From: Bacteroidota bacterium
Lineage (GTDB): Bacteria > Bacteroidota > Ignavibacteria > Kapaibacteriales > UBA2268
DNA length: 64,000 bases
Assembly: GCA_040264895.1 (NCBI GenBank)
Contig: JBDQHL010000002.1
Location: forward strand, 12,342-76,341
Reading direction: 5' to 3'
Positions 62,090 to 64,000 of the stretch are shown one piece after another. The number at the start of each line of letters is the position of its first letter. The stretch's first letter is position 1. The translations under genes and the position numbers were made by a program. The notes under the pieces are model-generated. The model was given only the letters and a program-made list of their open reading frames with translations. It was not told the origin of the DNA and searched no databases.

Positions 62090-63184
62090 TTACAGAAGTG
62101 GCATCTTTCTTACTATTGCCGGGAATCGTTTGCCTCTAGCTTCTATCTCAATTTTAGTATCTGGAGTTCTATAATCCCAATGAACATATCCCATACCTAC
62201 TGGCTTTTCTAAAGATGGTGATAAGTTACCCGTTGTAACTTCACCGATTTGCTCATCAGCTTTGAATATCTTGTAGCCCTTTCTTGCTATAAATCTATCA
62301 GCATCTACTTCAAACCCAACTAATCTTCTTGCTGGTCCATTCTCTTTTATTTTTGCTAATGCTTCTTTACCATTGAAATCTGAATCTTTATTCAATTTAG
62401 TTACCCAACCAAGTCCAGCTTCGATAGTATTTGTGGTTTCATCTATATCGTTTCCGTATAGTGCATATCCCTTTTCCATTCTTAAAGTATCACGGCACCC
62501 TAATCCTACAGCGGCTATCCCAAACTCTTCTCCGGCTTCCATAAGTGAGTTCCATATCTTTTCAGCTGTTTCTTGGCCACCTTTGAAATATAGCTCATAG
62601 CCAAGCTCACCAGTGTAACCAGTTCTTGATACTATAGCTGGGAATCCAGCCAGGGTTTCATTTTCCGAAAATCTGTAAAACTCCATTGAGTCTAAATCAC
62701 AGTCAGTCAATTTGGCTAACACTTTTTTTGAGTTTGGACCTTGAAGAGCTAGGAGTGAATATTCATCAGATTGATTTGATACTTCTGCATCGAACCCTTC
62801 TGTATTCTTCATTACCCAATCTATATCTTTGTCTATGTTTGCACCATTAACTACTAATAGGTAGCGGTTATCTGCTAGTTTATACGCTAGCAAATCATCT
62901 ACTATTCCACCATCATTAAAACACATTGCAGTATAGAGAACTTGCCCTATTTCTAATTTCGAAGCGTCATTTGTTATTAGTTTTTGTACTAAGTCCAATG
63001 CCTCATTACCTTCGATAAAAAACTCACCCATATGTGACACATCAAAAATTCCCACGCTTTCACGTACTAACTTATGTTCTTGTATAATTCCACTTGGGTA
63101 TTGAATAGGCATTTTGTAGCCGGCGTAGTCAACCATTTTGGCATTTAGACCAATATGTAAATTGTAGAATGCTGTTGTTTTCAT
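62090..63184 (-). CDS. gcvT: glycine cleavage system aminomethyltransferase T
   Basis: 364 aa with VGIFDVSHMGEF and SRTGYTGELGYE. Confidence 0.93.
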   Translation of the reverse strand: MKTTAFYNLHIGLNAKMVDYAGYKMPIQYPSGIIQEHKLVRESVGIFDVSHMGEFFIEGNEALDLVQKLITNDASKLEIGQVLYTAMCFNDGGIVDDLLAYKLADNRYLLVVNGANIDKDIDWVMKNTEGFDAEVSNQSDEYSLLALQGPNSKKVLAKLTDCDLDSMEFYRFSENETLAGFPAIVSRTGYTGELGYELYFKGGQETAEKIWNSLMEAGEEFGIAAVGLGCRDTLRMEKGYALYGNDIDETTNTIEAGLGWVTKLNKDSDFNGKEALAKIKENGPARRLVGFEVDADRFIARKGYKIFKADEQIGEVTTGNLSPSLEKPVGMGYVHWDYRTPDTKIEIEARGKRFPAIVRKMPLL

Positions 63185-63198
63185 TTCATAAATCCTAT

Positions 63199-63717
63199 TT
63201 AAACTGTTATTTTATCTTTCATCTTTTCAAATTTCTTAGGGCCTATGCCCTTTACTTTTTTAATATCTTCTATTGATTTGAAAGGTGTCTTTTTTCTGTA
63301 CTTAATTATTTTTTGTGCAGTTTTTTCACCAATACCTTTTATCTTCTTCAACTCTAACTTAGACGCAGTGTTAATATTGATTTTACCAATAATTTTATCA
63401 TCACTATCATCAGCATTGTAACTCTGCTTTTTTTTACTTTCTGGCTTCTGATTACCTAAGGCAATATCATTTTCATTACTTGTTTTGTCTATTGGCTCTG
63501 TCTCGTAATCTTCGAACTTACCACTGAAGTTGAAATTGGTTCCTGCAGATGCGTTCCTCGAAACTTTAATACCATCTAAGTCATCTAAACTTGTTCGGTC
63601 GTAATCAACAAATGAGCCAATGATTACACCTAATATGAATACCAAACTAATCATAAGCTCCCCTTTGGCTAAACCAAATACGGATTGAATTGATGATATG
63701 AGTTTGTCAATATTCAT
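63199..63717 (-). CDS. comEA: ComEA-family helix-hairpin-helix DNA-binding protein
   Basis: N-terminal TM helix and C-terminal INTASKLELKKIKGIGEKTAQKII...IEDIKKVKGIGPKKFEKM. Confidence 0.8.
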   Translation of the reverse strand: MNIDKLISSIQSVFGLAKGELMISLVFILGVIIGSFVDYDRTSLDDLDGIKVSRNASAGTNFNFSGKFEDYETEPIDKTSNENDIALGNQKPESKKKQSYNADDSDDKIIGKININTASKLELKKIKGIGEKTAQKIIKYRKKTPFKSIEDIKKVKGIGPKKFEKMKDKITV

Positions 63718-63742
63718 ACTACTGTAAGATATAATCTAATAT

Positions 63743-64000
63743 TTAAAAGAATGCTCCTTTAACTTTTTCAAAGAAACCTTTTGCGTCATTATTAGGCTTA
63801 AAGTTATCACTTTCTTTCATCTTTTTCAACATTGATTTTTCATCAGATGATAATTTCTTTGGTATATGGACATCTATTATTACAATCTGGTCACCTTTTC
63901 TGTAAGAATTTAGCAGTGGTAACCCCTTGTTTTTTAAAACGATTGACTCACCTGGTTGAGTACCAGATTTGACATCTACGTTTTCAGTTCCATATAATGT
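63743..64000 (-). CDS. dnaJ: molecular chaperone DnaJ, 3' end only (runs off the window end)
   Basis: ...VKSGTQPGESIVLKNKGLPLLNSYRKGDQIVIIDVHIPKKLSSDEKSMLKKM matches the DnaJ C-terminal domain II and tail. Confidence 0.8.
   Translation of the reverse strand, partial: TLYGTENVDVKSGTQPGESIVLKNKGLPLLNSYRKGDQIVIIDVHIPKKLSSDEKSMLKKMKESDNFKPNNDAKGFFEKVKGAFF

Noticed and set aside
63185-63198. A possible glycine riboswitch upstream of gcvT.
   Set aside because: Only 14 nt separate gcvT from comEA, which leaves no room for a riboswitch. gcvT appears to be co-transcribed with comEA.

Overview
This 64-kb chromosomal window is AT-rich (I estimate mid-30s % GC by eye) and comes from a T9SS-bearing member of the FCB group (Bacteroidota, Balneolota or Ignavibacteriota-like). 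The lineage call rests on T9SS C-terminal sorting domains, CarboxypepD_reg-type TonB receptors, a DUF4249 partner and HmuY-like proteins, together with clear Shine-Dalgarno sites, hslVU and a perfect CIRCE upstream of groESL. No rRNA, tRNA, CRISPR array, IS element, integrase or recognisable defence system was seen. Housekeeping genes are intact: rhlE-like helicase, hslVU, groESL, mnmA, ubiE, hppD, folC, icd, murA, gcvT and a dnaJ 3' end. Accessory loci include a light/photolyase cluster (7.2-11.5 kb), a heme-uptake locus (44.9-50.8 kb), a TonB receptor with DUF4249, a GluR0-like ligand-gated K+ channel, a Kv-like channel, an EgtB-like sulfoxide synthase and an NFACT/RqcH homologue. The most striking signal is not a gene family. 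I count about 16 inactivating lesions in about 10 accessory genes, while every core gene is clean: 8 in-frame TAA/TAG codons, 6 frameshifts or deletions, and 2 ATG->ATA start losses. Several of these genes carry multiple lesions. Other unexplained structure includes a small hairpin repeat family with a conserved TCGAC-N2-3-GCTC loop that always sits in the same orientation in 3' UTRs. There are also mosaic repeat clusters sharing an identical 28-mer on both sides of a two-gene block. A G12 tract lies in the hslV/groES divergent control region. A photolyase-homology protein appears to have its domains in swapped order.
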